Positions 46,695-57,073 of a stretch of DNA of 64,000 nucleotides are shown one piece after another. How positions within the stretch are numbered: position 1 is the first letter of the stretch; each line of letters begins with the position of its first letter. This stretch comes from Minisyncoccota bacterium (GTDB lineage: Bacteria; Patescibacteriota; Minisyncoccia; Phycocordibacterales; Zambryskibacteraceae). Location of the stretch: contig JAGVCW010000021.1 in NCBI GenBank assembly GCA_020059045.1, forward strand, positions 27,821-91,820, read 5' to 3'. Below the pieces are notes generated by a model, which did no database searches, had not been told where the DNA came from, and worked only from the letters and a program-made list of their open reading frames with translations. Position numbers and translations under genes: made by a program.

Positions 46695-48476
46695 TTATTC
46701 TTCTCGTACCGCACTCTGCTGTCTCCACAAGGCCGAGTAGAGACCGTTTTTTGAAAGCAGCTCCACGTGACTACCAGCTTCGGACAAGCTGCCCTTTTCG
46801 AGAACATATATTGTATCAGCGTGTGCGATTGTTGACAGCCTATGAGCAACCATCACTATTACAAGATCAGGTTTGGTCTTTGCAATGTCTTGTATTGTTT
46901 TTGTAATCTCTTTTTCTGTAATCGAGTCTAGACTAGATGTCGCCTCGTCAAATATTATTAAGTCAGGATTTCGTAGTAGCGCTCGTGCAATGGCAAGTCT
47001 TTGGCGTTCCCCACCAGAGACCTTTATGCCACCTTCACCAATCTTTGTATCAAGTCCCTCTGTACTCCGCTCAATAATAGAAAGCACTGCCGCACCACGT
47101 AGAGCCTCCAAGCACTCTTCATCACGAGCTTTCGGATTTACGAAGAGCAAGTTTTCGCGAATGGTGCCTGCGAAGAGCTGAGTTTCTTGTGATACGTATC
47201 CTATGCGACGACGGAGAAGGTCGTAATCAATATTTTCTCCAGAAATATTATTAACTAACACTGTGCCTTCTGTGGGTTTATACAAGCCTACAAGTAGTTT
47301 AATCGTTGTAGATTTTCCAGATCCTGATGGTCCGACGAAAGCAGCTACTTCTCCCTTCTTAATTTTGAAAGTTAAATCTTTAACCGCAGGGCTATTGCCT
47401 GTTGCATGAGTGAACCCAACCCGCTCGAACCGAATACTATCGAGTGCCCCAAGCGTTGTTGGATTTTCTGGTTTTACCTCTGGCTTTTGTTTCAGTATGT
47501 CATCGAGCTTCTCCATACTTGCACGAGCTTCCTGGAAAATGTTTGCAACGGTTCCAAGCTCGCCAAGCGGTCCAAATACGAAGAAAAGATATATGTATAG
47601 ACTGAAGAATTCTCCAAACGTAATGAGCTTCTCATAAATGAGGTACATCATTATAAGAAGTAAGACTGACCGGATAGCGTTTATGAGTGTGCCCTGTACG
47701 AAGCTAAGAAGACGAATGACTTTGATCTTTCGTAGCTCAAGAGATAATATTTTTTTATTTACTATATTGAGTCGATCTGTTTCTTGGTTTTCAAGCCCTA
47801 GAGATTTTACAAGTTCTACATTGCGCAATGTTTCTGTTGTCGATCCTGAGAGAGCGGCCGTTTCTGTCACGATCTCTTTCTGCATTGCCTTTATGCGTCG
47901 CGTAAGGAAAAAGGTTACAGTTCCAACAGTAGGAATGATAAGAATATACATGAGCCCCACAAGCCAGTGAACATAGAAACCGTATCCTACTACGAAGATA
48001 ATAGAAACAAGTGGTAGAAAAATAATTCCGACAGCGGCACCTATGAGCTGTTCAGAATCCTTACGAGCCTTCTGAAGCTTTTGTAATAGCTCACCAGATC
48101 TTTCATCTTCGAATGCGGCATAGGGGAGAGAGAATGAATGCGCAACACTTTTTTCATACATTGTTGCACCCACTCGCTGAGTTACCGTGCTTAAGTAGTA
48201 GTCTTGAAAGTTTTTCGCGACTCTTGAGACAAAAGCTACACCGACGGATGCAAGAAGCAGGAGTATTATTCCCTGGAAGAATTCTTCCCGGGGTATCTCA
48301 AAGGCTCGAGACGCATAGTTGTCTACAATAAGTCTGAAAATCTGAGGGTCAAGAAGTGAGAAGACTTGGTTAATGGTTGCAAGAACAAGCGCGAAAGTAA
48401 GCATCACTTTCTGCTCCTTTAGGTATACAAGAAGTTGTCGCATGGCACCCATAATACAGCAATACCAAGTACCCAC
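46695..48476 (-). CDS. ABC exporter, fused permease/ATPase (MsbA-like)
   Basis: 6 TM helices. GPSGSGKST, VSGGERQRLAIARAL, LIIFDEATSSLD. Confidence 0.9.
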   Translation of the reverse strand: MGTWYCCIMGAMRQLLVYLKEQKVMLTFALVLATINQVFSLLDPQIFRLIVDNYASRAFEIPREEFFQGIILLLLASVGVAFVSRVAKNFQDYYLSTVTQRVGATMYEKSVAHSFSLPYAAFEDERSGELLQKLQKARKDSEQLIGAAVGIIFLPLVSIIFVVGYGFYVHWLVGLMYILIIPTVGTVTFFLTRRIKAMQKEIVTETAALSGSTTETLRNVELVKSLGLENQETDRLNIVNKKILSLELRKIKVIRLLSFVQGTLINAIRSVLLLIMMYLIYEKLITFGEFFSLYIYLFFVFGPLGELGTVANIFQEARASMEKLDDILKQKPEVKPENPTTLGALDSIRFERVGFTHATGNSPAVKDLTFKIKKGEVAAFVGPSGSGKSTTIKLLVGLYKPTEGTVLVNNISGENIDYDLLRRRIGYVSQETQLFAGTIRENLLFVNPKARDEECLEALRGAAVLSIIERSTEGLDTKIGEGGIKVSGGERQRLAIARALLRNPDLIIFDEATSSLDSITEKEITKTIQDIAKTKPDLVIVMVAHRLSTIAHADTIYVLEKGSLSEAGSHVELLSKNGLYSALWRQQSAVREE

Positions 48477-48497
48477 AAAATATTTATGATAACAAAA

Positions 48498-48528
48498 CTA
48501 CTCCGTCACGCCGTGACGGAGTAGTTTT
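48498..48528 (-). terminator. Intrinsic terminator (perfect palindrome)
   Basis: CTACTCCGTCACG|CCGTGACGGAGTAG with flanking T/A runs. Confidence 0.55.
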
Positions 48529-48538
48529 GTTATAGAGC

Positions 48539-48739
48539 CTACATTGATGGCCGAGAATCGCAATCTCTGCAATTCTTTTTGTGTGTGAAGATTTCGTAAA
48601 TAGCGGCAAGACCTACAAGGACGTATATGATTTTTACAATCATAGCCGGGATTCCCCAAGATCCTAGTCCATAGCTAAATGCTTCGAGAAGCCAGTTTAA
48701 GCCCCCAATAATAAGTAAAACGAAAGCAACTTTATGCAT
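48539..48739 (-). CDS. DUF378-like small membrane protein
   Basis: VAFVLLIIGGLNWLL pattern. 66 aa. Confidence 0.55.
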   Translation of the reverse strand: MHKVAFVLLIIGGLNWLLEAFSYGLGSWGIPAMIVKIIYVLVGLAAIYEIFTHKKNCRDCDSRPSM

Positions 48740-48792
48740 AATTTCTTTCTAATTAATAATTTGAAACTACGTTTAGTATATCAAGTTATGCA

Positions 48793-48866
48793 AGAATATT
48801 TGTCCACCCTCCACGATTTGAACGTGGGACCCTCGAGGTATAAGCTCGATGCTCTAACCAACTGAG
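48793..48866 (-). tRNA. tRNA-Ile with anticodon UAU (reads AUA)
   Basis: Minus strand: CCACCCU-UA-GCUC-AGUUGGUUA-GAGC-A-UCGAG-CUUAUAC-CUCGA-GGGUC-CCACG-UUCAAAU-CGUGG-AGGGUGG-A. Perfect cloverleaf. The anticodon-loop middle triplet is UAU. The D-arm is typical of Ile/Met. Confidence 0.7.
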
Positions 48867-49017
48867 CTAAGGGTGGTATAGCGCTCAAATACTATATCAA
48901 ATATGGAAATCCTTCAATTATTACAGTCGTGCGGTTAAGTGTCCCAGCTATCCACAACGTGAGTATTCACATTGTTATAACCTAAGGGTATACTTCTAAT
49001 CAAGTTGCGGTCCTGTC

Positions 49018-52000
49018 TTGAAACCTTATTTATTCTTAACTTCTCTTAATAATATGTTCTCTAAAAAATTGCCATTAGTAATTGGTTTTGTTTTTGCTTT
49101 TCTTTTTATTGGACTATCTGTAGATGCACAAACTACTTCTCTAAGTTTGACGAGAAACCTAAGTTTTGGTTCTAGCGGCACAGACGTCAGCTCTCTCCAA
49201 CAATTTTTAATATCACAAGGACATTTGTCTTCTGGGAACGCCACAGGTTACTTTGGCCCCTTGACTCAAGCTGCCGTGCAAAGCTTTCAGCGAGCGCAAG
49301 GGATCGTTACTACAGGAACTGTTCAGACAACTGGGTACGGTTTAGTGGGCATACGAACACGTGCAGCCTTGGCTACATTTACGGGAGCTCAAGGCACCTT
49401 TACGCAGAATGCTACTATTGGTACTACTTTTAATACCGCAGTTTCTACGACTCTACCCCCGACCGTGGATCTAAAAGTTAATGGTTCGGATGGGCCTGTC
49501 TTGTTGCCTCCGTCTATTTCGATACAAGCCCACCAACAAGCAAACTTATCCTGGTCCTCGACTAACGCTACCAGTTGTACTGCATCGGGGGGTTGGAGTG
49601 GTACCCAAAAAACTTCAGGCAGTCAGTCATTTAAACCAACAGTAAATACTCTATATATAATTACATGTACAGGATCGGGTGGAAGTGCTAGCGATGAAGT
49701 AACTGTAAATAAAATTGGGGCCCCAAGCTCAAGCATGTTTAATCTCGGGGAAGACGTTGAAACTATTTATAGTAGCGGAAATATTTTTAATTATCCCGCT
49801 CCTGACCCCAGGGGAGGTCAAAGTATGTTTGGCGGTGTAAAAGGTAGAGTTGTTGGGGGTCCAGCGGCAGGCACATGTTGTGGCCATATTTTTTGGCATG
49901 TGGATTATGTAAACGGAATGAAGGGGTGGACCGAAAAAGATAATCTTAAAAAAGCTATCATTAATTCTACCTATACTCTTTCAAATATGGGAGATGTGAT
50001 TGTAACGAAAACCAACTTCACCCAGGCTAAGATAGTTACTTTTACAATGACTGCGATTTCTGGTAAACCCGTAGTATCAGCCGTAATAAGCTCTTCCCTG
50101 CCATCTGGCGTAACAGTCAGTCCTGATCATTATAACTCTGGTAGTCATAACGCTTGTGGCGCAGACCCAAGTGCCGCAGACCCAACTTGTTCGCATAAAC
50201 CTGTTTTTTCCATAGCTAGTAACGCGGCTACCGGAGTCTTCCCAGTTACTCTGACTACTTATGGTCCCAGCGCTCCTACAGAAACCAGCACATTTAATCT
50301 GCATATTCTTCCCGCTGGAACGGCTGTTCCCACCGTATCTCTAAAAGCTAACAACACACCTGGCACACTTTCTATCACTAACGGTACCCAGATCTCTCTC
50401 ACTTGGGACTCAACCAATGTTACGAGTTGTGACCTTAGTGGAGACGGCTGGAGTGGCACAAAATATGCGGCCAAAATGCCAAGTCCAGGATTCTCTGCTA
50501 TACCGCTATCCAATAAAACCACCACATACATTATTATTTGTTCTGATGTTGCCGGCCAAAAGAGCGCGCCGAGCACGGTGGTGGTCACGACCACGGCCGG
50601 TTCTCAAACTAACAAATTTAACCAAAATGATAAGGTTGAAACCAATGCTGATGCTGTAAACGTTCGATCTACGCCGAATGGTAATCCTCCTATAGATTCT
50701 AAAAGCAAAGGAGCTAAGGGCGTGATTATGTGGGATGCTACGACAAGCGCAGGGGGTCATAATTGGTGGGAGATCAACTACGATACAGGAAAAGACGGCT
50801 GGACTGCGGAGCAGTATCTTAATCTTATATTGTCTACAGCTACTCCGCCTCCGCCACCAGGTACCCCAACAGTCGAACTTAAAGCTAATAACACTCTTGG
50901 CTCACTTTCTGTCACTAACGGTACCCAGATTTCTCTCACTTGGGTCTCCACGGATGCTACCGGTTGCGCCCTTAGTGCCAACAGCTGGAGCAGTACGAAC
51001 TTTTCGGCCCAGATGGGAAGTCCAGGATTCACTACTACTCCGTTGTCTAATACCACTACCACTTATACTATCACTTGCTATGATGCAAATGGCGTGAAAA
51101 GTGCACCAAGTACTGTAGTGGTGACAACAACTGGCTCAAGTAATACATTTAAAGACGGAGATACGGTGGAGGTGACAAACACGACCACTTCAGTCAATGT
51201 CCGCTCTTCTGCAAACGGAACAGTAATTGGCACTCAGCCACTTGGGGCTCTAGGATTAATTAAAGGTACAAGTATTAACTCTGGAGGATACGACTGGTGG
51301 AATGTGGATTACGTTCACGCCCCTGACGGCTGGACCGCAGAGCAGTTTCTTCAAAAGAATGCCGGAGGAATCCCAAGTTCCAGCAGAGTGAGTCTTCAAG
51401 CCACTCCAAATTCAGTGGCAGTCAATACCCCTGTTCTCCTTATCTGGGCACTTAGCAACTGGCCCACCAGCAGTCCCACTACTACATGTAATGCGACCGG
51501 TGGCACGGCGGGATGGCCCGGTACAAAATACGGTTTTATGACCGGCGGACAAGCTGTAGTTACTCCTACAACTGCTGGTACTCACACTTTCAACATTGAC
51601 TGTAGCGGTTATAAAGACTCGGTGACTGTGACGGTGACTACTGCGGGTTCAACCAACAAACCTCCAGTCGCGAATGCTGGCCAAGACAAAACAATCACTC
51701 TACCCACGAGCTCCGTTTCTGTGGTGAGCCCTCCAGTCGACGCAACCGATCCTGATGGTTCAAGCGACATAAATACCCATACCTGGTCTTTCGTCTCTGG
51801 TCCTGCTGGTGTTACTCCAGGCATCGCCGCTCCCGGCAACAAGAACAGTACTTTTTCTGGTCTTACTGTTGCAGGTACCTACACTTTCCGCTTCACCGTG
51901 GAAGATAAAGGGGGACTCAGGGCAACCGATGACATGAATGTAGTTGTTTTAACAAGTGGCACGCAGTCATCGGGTCCAGTTGTCGATCTAAAAGCAAATG

Positions 52001-53538
52001 GTTCAAACGGACCAGTAACTCTTTCAAAGGGTGATTCGGTTCAGTTTTCTTGGACGGGATCCAACTTAGTAAATTCTTGTTCCATTAAGGACGAAAATAA
52101 TAGCACTATATCTGGGGGGACAGGACTCAATCCTTTGGGGGGTACTCTCACTCTAGTAAATCTTACTTCTACACACACCTATACAATTACTTGTTTTACA
52201 AGTAACAACAGTACTGCAACTGATAGCGTGACGGTAATTATTTCTGGAGTATTCACAACCCCAGTTGTAGATCTCAAAGCAAATGGCTCAGACAATCCTA
52301 TAACGCTTACTGCGAACCAAGATCTTACTTTGAGTTGGACAATACAAGGAGTGTTACCAACTTGCTCATTGCGTGGTTGGGGAGTGTCCGGCTCTAATTC
52401 ATCTGGCTATGTTGAACTCTCTTCTAAAGTATTAATCGGTTCAGCATTCACTATTACCCCAACTACTGCAGGCTATCCGACTGCTGCTGGCAATATGTAC
52501 GAGATCAACTGTACAGTTTCTGGAGCAGTCACAAAGTACGATCGAGTAATAGTGACGGCAGCAGCGGTAACACCTCCAGGAGGAGGGACTACTGCATCTC
52601 CAGTAGTAACTTTATCTGCTAGTTCTGGCTCTGTAGCCGATGGTCAATCTGTTGCTCTGACTCTCACTTCTCAAAACGCTACTTACTGCACAGGAAATGT
52701 TTTTTCTGACAACAGAACTTCTGGCACGGCATATGTTGTTCCTCCCTTTGGCGGAAATACTAGCGTGGGCTACTCTGTAATATGTTACAACGGTCTTGGC
52801 GGCCCATCTAAAACTGCCTCCGTAAACGTCACCAAGTCAACGTCTGGAGGCTCACCCTCTAGCGGGGCACCGACACTTGATTTCAAAGCTGATAACTCTA
52901 AGGGGCCACTTTCTGTAGGAACTTCCGGGTCTGTATATCTCAGCTGGTCAACAACAAATGTATCTAGCTGTACGTTGAGTAATGCTGGAATATCGTACGT
53001 TTCACTTCCTAGTGGTTTCTGGAATGCAACTCCAAGTAGCTACACTTCGAAAGTCATATACACTATGAGCTGTACTGGGACAAACGGCGCTTCTATATCA
53101 GAATCAATCACCGTATATCCTGTCTACACTACAGTAAGCGTCAACAGTAGCTATCCTCTACCAAAAACTACTTATACGCTACACAATTCCCAAGACCTTA
53201 ACTTGGCTTGGAGTGCCCCAAATCTTCCAGCAGATGCACACTGTGATCTCACTTCACCTGTTAGTCTTACAAACCCCGCAGGTCAGAAGACCGGATCATG
53301 GAAGTTTACATCTACATCAACAAACTATCCTCCAAACAATGTGAGCAGCTGGTATTCACCTGGAATTGTCTACACTGTTACATGTAGTAATTCTGGCGGC
53401 ATCGTAGGCATGGCCACGGCCAATATTCTTCTTGACCCAAATACTACGAGTCTCAATAGCTCTAGTTCAAACCAACTAGCTGCTATATTTTCAGCCATAC
53501 AAAACATTTTGGCTGAGCTTAGTCTATCTGCTCGGTAG
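49018..53538 (+). CDS. Giant secreted multidomain surface protein. After a signal peptide comes an N-terminal PG_binding_1 domain. The rest is many Ig-like Cys-pair repeats, three SH3b-like modules and a PKD-like domain.
   Basis: Probable start MFSKKLPLVIGFVF at 49054. PG-binding module LTRNLSFGSSGTDVSSLQQFL...GYFGPLTQAAVQSFQ. LSWSSTNATSCTASGGWSG repeats. SH3b-like modules with the WWEINYDTGKDGWTAEQYL pattern, three times. PKD-like VANAGQDKTITL...GTYTFRFTVEDKGGL. Confidence 0.85.
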   Translation: MKPYLFLTSLNNMFSKKLPLVIGFVFAFLFIGLSVDAQTTSLSLTRNLSFGSSGTDVSSLQQFLISQGHLSSGNATGYFGPLTQAAVQSFQRAQGIVTTGTVQTTGYGLVGIRTRAALATFTGAQGTFTQNATIGTTFNTAVSTTLPPTVDLKVNGSDGPVLLPPSISIQAHQQANLSWSSTNATSCTASGGWSGTQKTSGSQSFKPTVNTLYIITCTGSGGSASDEVTVNKIGAPSSSMFNLGEDVETIYSSGNIFNYPAPDPRGGQSMFGGVKGRVVGGPAAGTCCGHIFWHVDYVNGMKGWTEKDNLKKAIINSTYTLSNMGDVIVTKTNFTQAKIVTFTMTAISGKPVVSAVISSSLPSGVTVSPDHYNSGSHNACGADPSAADPTCSHKPVFSIASNAATGVFPVTLTTYGPSAPTETSTFNLHILPAGTAVPTVSLKANNTPGTLSITNGTQISLTWDSTNVTSCDLSGDGWSGTKYAAKMPSPGFSAIPLSNKTTTYIIICSDVAGQKSAPSTVVVTTTAGSQTNKFNQNDKVETNADAVNVRSTPNGNPPIDSKSKGAKGVIMWDATTSAGGHNWWEINYDTGKDGWTAEQYLNLILSTATPPPPPGTPTVELKANNTLGSLSVTNGTQISLTWVSTDATGCALSANSWSSTNFSAQMGSPGFTTTPLSNTTTTYTITCYDANGVKSAPSTVVVTTTGSSNTFKDGDTVEVTNTTTSVNVRSSANGTVIGTQPLGALGLIKGTSINSGGYDWWNVDYVHAPDGWTAEQFLQKNAGGIPSSSRVSLQATPNSVAVNTPVLLIWALSNWPTSSPTTTCNATGGTAGWPGTKYGFMTGGQAVVTPTTAGTHTFNIDCSGYKDSVTVTVTTAGSTNKPPVANAGQDKTITLPTSSVSVVSPPVDATDPDGSSDINTHTWSFVSGPAGVTPGIAAPGNKNSTFSGLTVAGTYTFRFTVEDKGGLRATDDMNVVVLTSGTQSSGPVVDLKANGSNGPVTLSKGDSVQFSWTGSNLVNSCSIKDENNSTISGGTGLNPLGGTLTLVNLTSTHTYTITCFTSNNSTATDSVTVIISGVFTTPVVDLKANGSDNPITLTANQDLTLSWTIQGVLPTCSLRGWGVSGSNSSGYVELSSKVLIGSAFTITPTTAGYPTAAGNMYEINCTVSGAVTKYDRVIVTAAAVTPPGGGTTASPVVTLSASSGSVADGQSVALTLTSQNATYCTGNVFSDNRTSGTAYVVPPFGGNTSVGYSVICYNGLGGPSKTASVNVTKSTSGGSPSSGAPTLDFKADNSKGPLSVGTSGSVYLSWSTTNVSSCTLSNAGISYVSLPSGFWNATPSSYTSKVIYTMSCTGTNGASISESITVYPVYTTVSVNSSYPLPKTTYTLHNSQDLNLAWSAPNLPADAHCDLTSPVSLTNPAGQKTGSWKFTSTSTNYPPNNVSSWYSPGIVYTVTCSNSGGIVGMATANILLDPNTTSLNSSSSNQLAAIFSAIQNILAELSLSAR

Positions 53539-53568
53539 GCAAAGGTGTTTCCTGTTTTTTTAAAATAA

Positions 53569-53602
53569 AAACCATTCCCGAATTAAATAGGGAATGGTTT
53601 TC
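53569..53602. terminator. Bidirectional terminator
   Basis: AAAACCATTCCC-loop-GGGAATGGTTTT between the giant gene (+) and recG (-). Confidence 0.6.
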
Positions 53603-53622
53603 ATTTCGCTTAATATAATTAA

Positions 53623-55782
53623 CTATTCAAAATGGAATTGTTTGCGCTTCTCATCTATTTGATTTTTCAAAATGGGATATTTTTTAAGCTCTGGGTCTTC
53701 TTCAATAAGTTTTCCTGCTTCAAGTCGAGCAGCTTCAACCATCTTCAGATTTTTTATTGCTTCCATTCCTATATCAGAGAGCCCCCACTGCTTGCGACCG
53801 TAGAGCTCGCCTGCACCTCTCTGCACAAGGTCGAACTCGGCAAGCTCAAAGCCACTTTTTGCAGTGCGAAGTGCTTTGAGACGATCCATACTCTTACCAC
53901 TCTTTGTCTCAGAAAATATATAGCAGTAAGGTTGGTGTGAGCTTCGCATTACTCGCCCGCGAAGCTGGTGAAGCTGAGCAAGACCAAATCTTTCTGCCCC
54001 TTCAATTATGATTATTGTGGCATTTGGAACATTTACTCCAACTTCAACAACAGAAGTTGAAACCAAAATATTTATTTTTCCATCCTTAAAGTCGTTCATG
54101 ACTTCATCCTTCTCCCCAGGTTTCATTTTGCCGTGCATGACCCCAACTTGAAATTCGGTAAAAACATCTTTTTTAAGACGCTTTGCTTCTTCTGTAACAG
54201 ATTTTGCAATCAAAGCCATTTCCCGAGTAGGGTCTGGTTCATCAATACGAGGGCAAATCACGTATGCTTGGCGACCAGACCTTAGCTCTTTACGTATTTT
54301 TTCGTACACTTGGCCTCGAGTATTTGGCAATACAATTTCTGTAATAGGCCATTTACGACCAGGAGGTAGCTCATCAAGTAGTGAAAGATCGAGGTCCCCA
54401 TAGACAGTTAGGGCCAGTGTGCGGGGTATGGGGGTCGCAGTCATGCTCAAAAGGTGGGGGATGACTCCACCTCTCTCTCTAAATTTCTGCCTCTGTGTGG
54501 TTCCAAATTTGTGTTGTTCGTCGATAATTGAAAAAGCAAGATGTTTAAATTTAACGCTTTTCTGGATAAGAGTGTGAGTGCCAATAAGTATTGGTATCTC
54601 GCCACTTGCGACCCACTTGAGGAGCTGGGAACGAGAGATGTTTGTCGCACCAAGCGGATTTATTTTGGACGGAAACTTCCTTGCACCACTTCCGGTGATG
54701 AGGCCCACCTGAACTCCAGTATATGCAAAGTATTTAACAAATGACTCAAAGTGTTGCTCAGCCAAGATTTCTGTTGGAACCATGTATGCAACCTGAAGGT
54801 TCCCAAAGTCCTGATTCTTCGGCTTTGTGGAGATTACAGCGAATGATGCGGTGGCGGCGACAGCAGTTTTCCCACTTCCCACATCTCCTTCGAGAAGCCG
54901 AGCCATAGGCACACCCTTCTTGAAGTCATCTAGAATATGGTTTACAGATTTTTTTTGGGCTTCTGTAAGAGGGAAGGGAAATCTGCTGATAAAGTCCGTT
55001 AGTTCACTAAATTTTTTAGAGATCTCAAATGAATCATGTTGTTGCCAAAGTTTGCGACTCTTGTGTTTCTCAAGTTGAATGAAGAATACTTCTTCAAATG
55101 CAAACCGTTTACGTGCTGAGAGTGCATCGTCTTTGTTCTTCGGAGTGTGGATCCATATGAGAGCAGTTTTAAGTGTAGGAAGATTGTATTTTTTTAAAAT
55201 ACTTTCAGGTATGGGGTCCACCAGCTCATCAAGCAATCCTGATTTGAAAACTTTTTGGATTGCATGGAATATCCAGTTGGATGTTACACCACGGGTTTCA
55301 GGGTAGACAGGGTATAGGTAGTGGTCCTCGTTACCTTCACCAAATAGTGAAGTTGCCCCAGTGTGAAGTGGAAGCTTCGCAATATTTTCTATCTTCGGGT
55401 TAGAAAGATAGAGCTCTCCTTTTCTCTCCGAAACTTTTCCTTCGGCACGGACAAAGCTGCCATCCTGAAGCATTTTTGCCAAGTATGGCTGATTGAACCA
55501 AACAACCTTTATACTTCCAGTCTCATCTTCAAGCATACCTTCAGCCATAGGGATTTTCTTCTTCCATGCTTTCTTCATTTTGAGCCCAGAAATTTTCCCA
55601 AATATTACTGCCGCTTCTCCTCGAGCCAAGCTTTCTATAGATTTAATTTCTGAGGTGTCTCCATACCGGCTGGGGAAGTAGTGGAGAATGTCCTCGACAG
55701 TTAGTATGTCAATCTTCTTAAGAGCCTTTTGTTGAGGAGGAAGAATGCGTAGGTGATCCGTAAGTATAGAATCATTTTTCAT
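53623..55782 (-). CDS. recG: ATP-dependent DNA helicase RecG
   Basis: N-terminal wedge/OB region. LLEGDVGSGKT Walker A. DEQH box. VSTSVVEVGVNVPNATIIII and QLRGRVMR (helicase motif VI). Confidence 0.9.
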   Translation of the reverse strand: MKNDSILTDHLRILPPQQKALKKIDILTVEDILHYFPSRYGDTSEIKSIESLARGEAAVIFGKISGLKMKKAWKKKIPMAEGMLEDETGSIKVVWFNQPYLAKMLQDGSFVRAEGKVSERKGELYLSNPKIENIAKLPLHTGATSLFGEGNEDHYLYPVYPETRGVTSNWIFHAIQKVFKSGLLDELVDPIPESILKKYNLPTLKTALIWIHTPKNKDDALSARKRFAFEEVFFIQLEKHKSRKLWQQHDSFEISKKFSELTDFISRFPFPLTEAQKKSVNHILDDFKKGVPMARLLEGDVGSGKTAVAATASFAVISTKPKNQDFGNLQVAYMVPTEILAEQHFESFVKYFAYTGVQVGLITGSGARKFPSKINPLGATNISRSQLLKWVASGEIPILIGTHTLIQKSVKFKHLAFSIIDEQHKFGTTQRQKFRERGGVIPHLLSMTATPIPRTLALTVYGDLDLSLLDELPPGRKWPITEIVLPNTRGQVYEKIRKELRSGRQAYVICPRIDEPDPTREMALIAKSVTEEAKRLKKDVFTEFQVGVMHGKMKPGEKDEVMNDFKDGKINILVSTSVVEVGVNVPNATIIIIEGAERFGLAQLHQLRGRVMRSSHQPYCYIFSETKSGKSMDRLKALRTAKSGFELAEFDLVQRGAGELYGRKQWGLSDIGMEAIKNLKMVEAARLEAGKLIEEDPELKKYPILKNQIDEKRKQFHFE

Positions 55783-55835
55783 ATAGTCTCCAAATCATAG
55801 CCGATTTGGTCTTTATGACAAATGTTAGTTCCTGT

Positions 55836-55884
55836 GCTCACACTAACTAAAGCACCAAGTCGTACGACTTGGTGCTTTAGTTAG
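55836..55884. repeat. 49-bp perfect palindrome
   Basis: CACACTAACTAAAGCACCAAGTCGTAC|GACTTGGTGCTTTAGTTAGTGT between recG and the SWIB gene. Confidence 0.8.
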
Positions 55885-55909
55885 TGTTTAATACCCCTAC
55901 AGCTTACTA

Positions 55910-56164
55910 CTATGTAAGATGCTTTGAAACAAGCTTTGTCATCTCAAACATGTTCACAGTTTCCTTGCCTCCGAAGACTTTCTTCAAGTTTTCGTCTGCG
56001 TTGATGTTGCGCTTGTTAGTAGGGTCCTGGAGATTCTTCCCTTTAATGTAAACCCAGAGCTTCTTAACAACTTCTGATCTAGGCATAGGTCCATTGCCCA
56101 CAACAGCCGCTAGTTCATCACTAACGTTCAAAGGCTTCATAAATGCTGAATTTGCTTTTGGCAT
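55910..56164 (-). CDS. SWIB/MDM2 domain protein
   Basis: LAAVVGNGPMPRSEVVKKLWVYIKGKNLQDPTNKRNINADENLKKVFG. Confidence 0.7.
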   Translation of the reverse strand: MPKANSAFMKPLNVSDELAAVVGNGPMPRSEVVKKLWVYIKGKNLQDPTNKRNINADENLKKVFGGKETVNMFEMTKLVSKHLT

Positions 56165-56284
56165 GTATTTTTTATTTATATTTAACCCTACTATCCTACC
56201 ATATTTGCTGTTTTAGGGAAGGGGATGATTGGGGGTTGAAAAAACCTCCACAAAAGATGCGGAGGCTAAAGGGTTCAAATAGAG

Positions 56285-57073
56285 TCAAAAACTTAAGAAC
56301 TCAGGTTTCTGTCTAAATGCAGCTGACAAACCGACGGATTTACCGCGGTAGTCGTCGCTATAGCTGGTGATAGCGAGACCTCGATGATCAAAGTCGCCAA
56401 CAGCGACACGGGCACCGAATGAGTCGACATTGATGCAACGAACGTAGATCCCTTCAAACAAGCGCTCATCGGTGGCAAGAAAGTGACCGATTATGGTGTA
56501 AACCATGATCTGAGCAGTCGGGAGTTCCTCGTTTTTTGAAAGGAGTGCCAACTGGCCTTCCAAGGTTTCCCAGACTGAGTTGGGAATTGGTTCCTTGCGG
56601 ACCAACTGCCATGTGGGTATACCTTTGTCTGCCGCGAACGGCAGCTTTTTATACCAGTTCATGCTGTAAAGCAGGGTTTGGTCGGGCAGGTTCTTATCAA
56701 CGCCATGGATGTCGAGAATAGACAGTGGGAAAACTGCAACGAGAATGTGCGTATCCTTACAGGATTCGAGCACACTCTTTTTGAACGGAATTTCGCCGAG
56801 ATCGGAAAGCTGTTGCTTCGTGGCTTTAACCCCGAAGTACTTGATCGCCTCCTCGATACCGAAGAAGTTCCTTCCCATGATCACTCGTGCAAGTATCTGT
56901 GATTCGGAAGGTTCATAACCACCGCTGATCATGAATCGTGCAACTTTTCCCACGAATTCAGGGTCCGTATTGAGGCGGTCGGCGACTTCGTCAGCGTTGT
57001 TCCTGAAAGCCCTCCATAAGCGTTGATTGGCGGCATTGATGTCACCATGGGGGACTTGAGTCCATACTTTCAT
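56285..57073 (-). CDS. Hypothetical protein
   Basis: Start MKVWTQVPHGD at 57073. The longer ORF-track version would run through a 12-bp-stem hairpin at 57150-57212. Confidence 0.45.
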   Translation of the reverse strand: MKVWTQVPHGDINAANQRLWRAFRNNADEVADRLNTDPEFVGKVARFMISGGYEPSESQILARVIMGRNFFGIEEAIKYFGVKATKQQLSDLGEIPFKKSVLESCKDTHILVAVFPLSILDIHGVDKNLPDQTLLYSMNWYKKLPFAADKGIPTWQLVRKEPIPNSVWETLEGQLALLSKNEELPTAQIMVYTIIGHFLATDERLFEGIYVRCINVDSFGARVAVGDFDHRGLAITSYSDDYRGKSVGLSAAFRQKPEFLSF

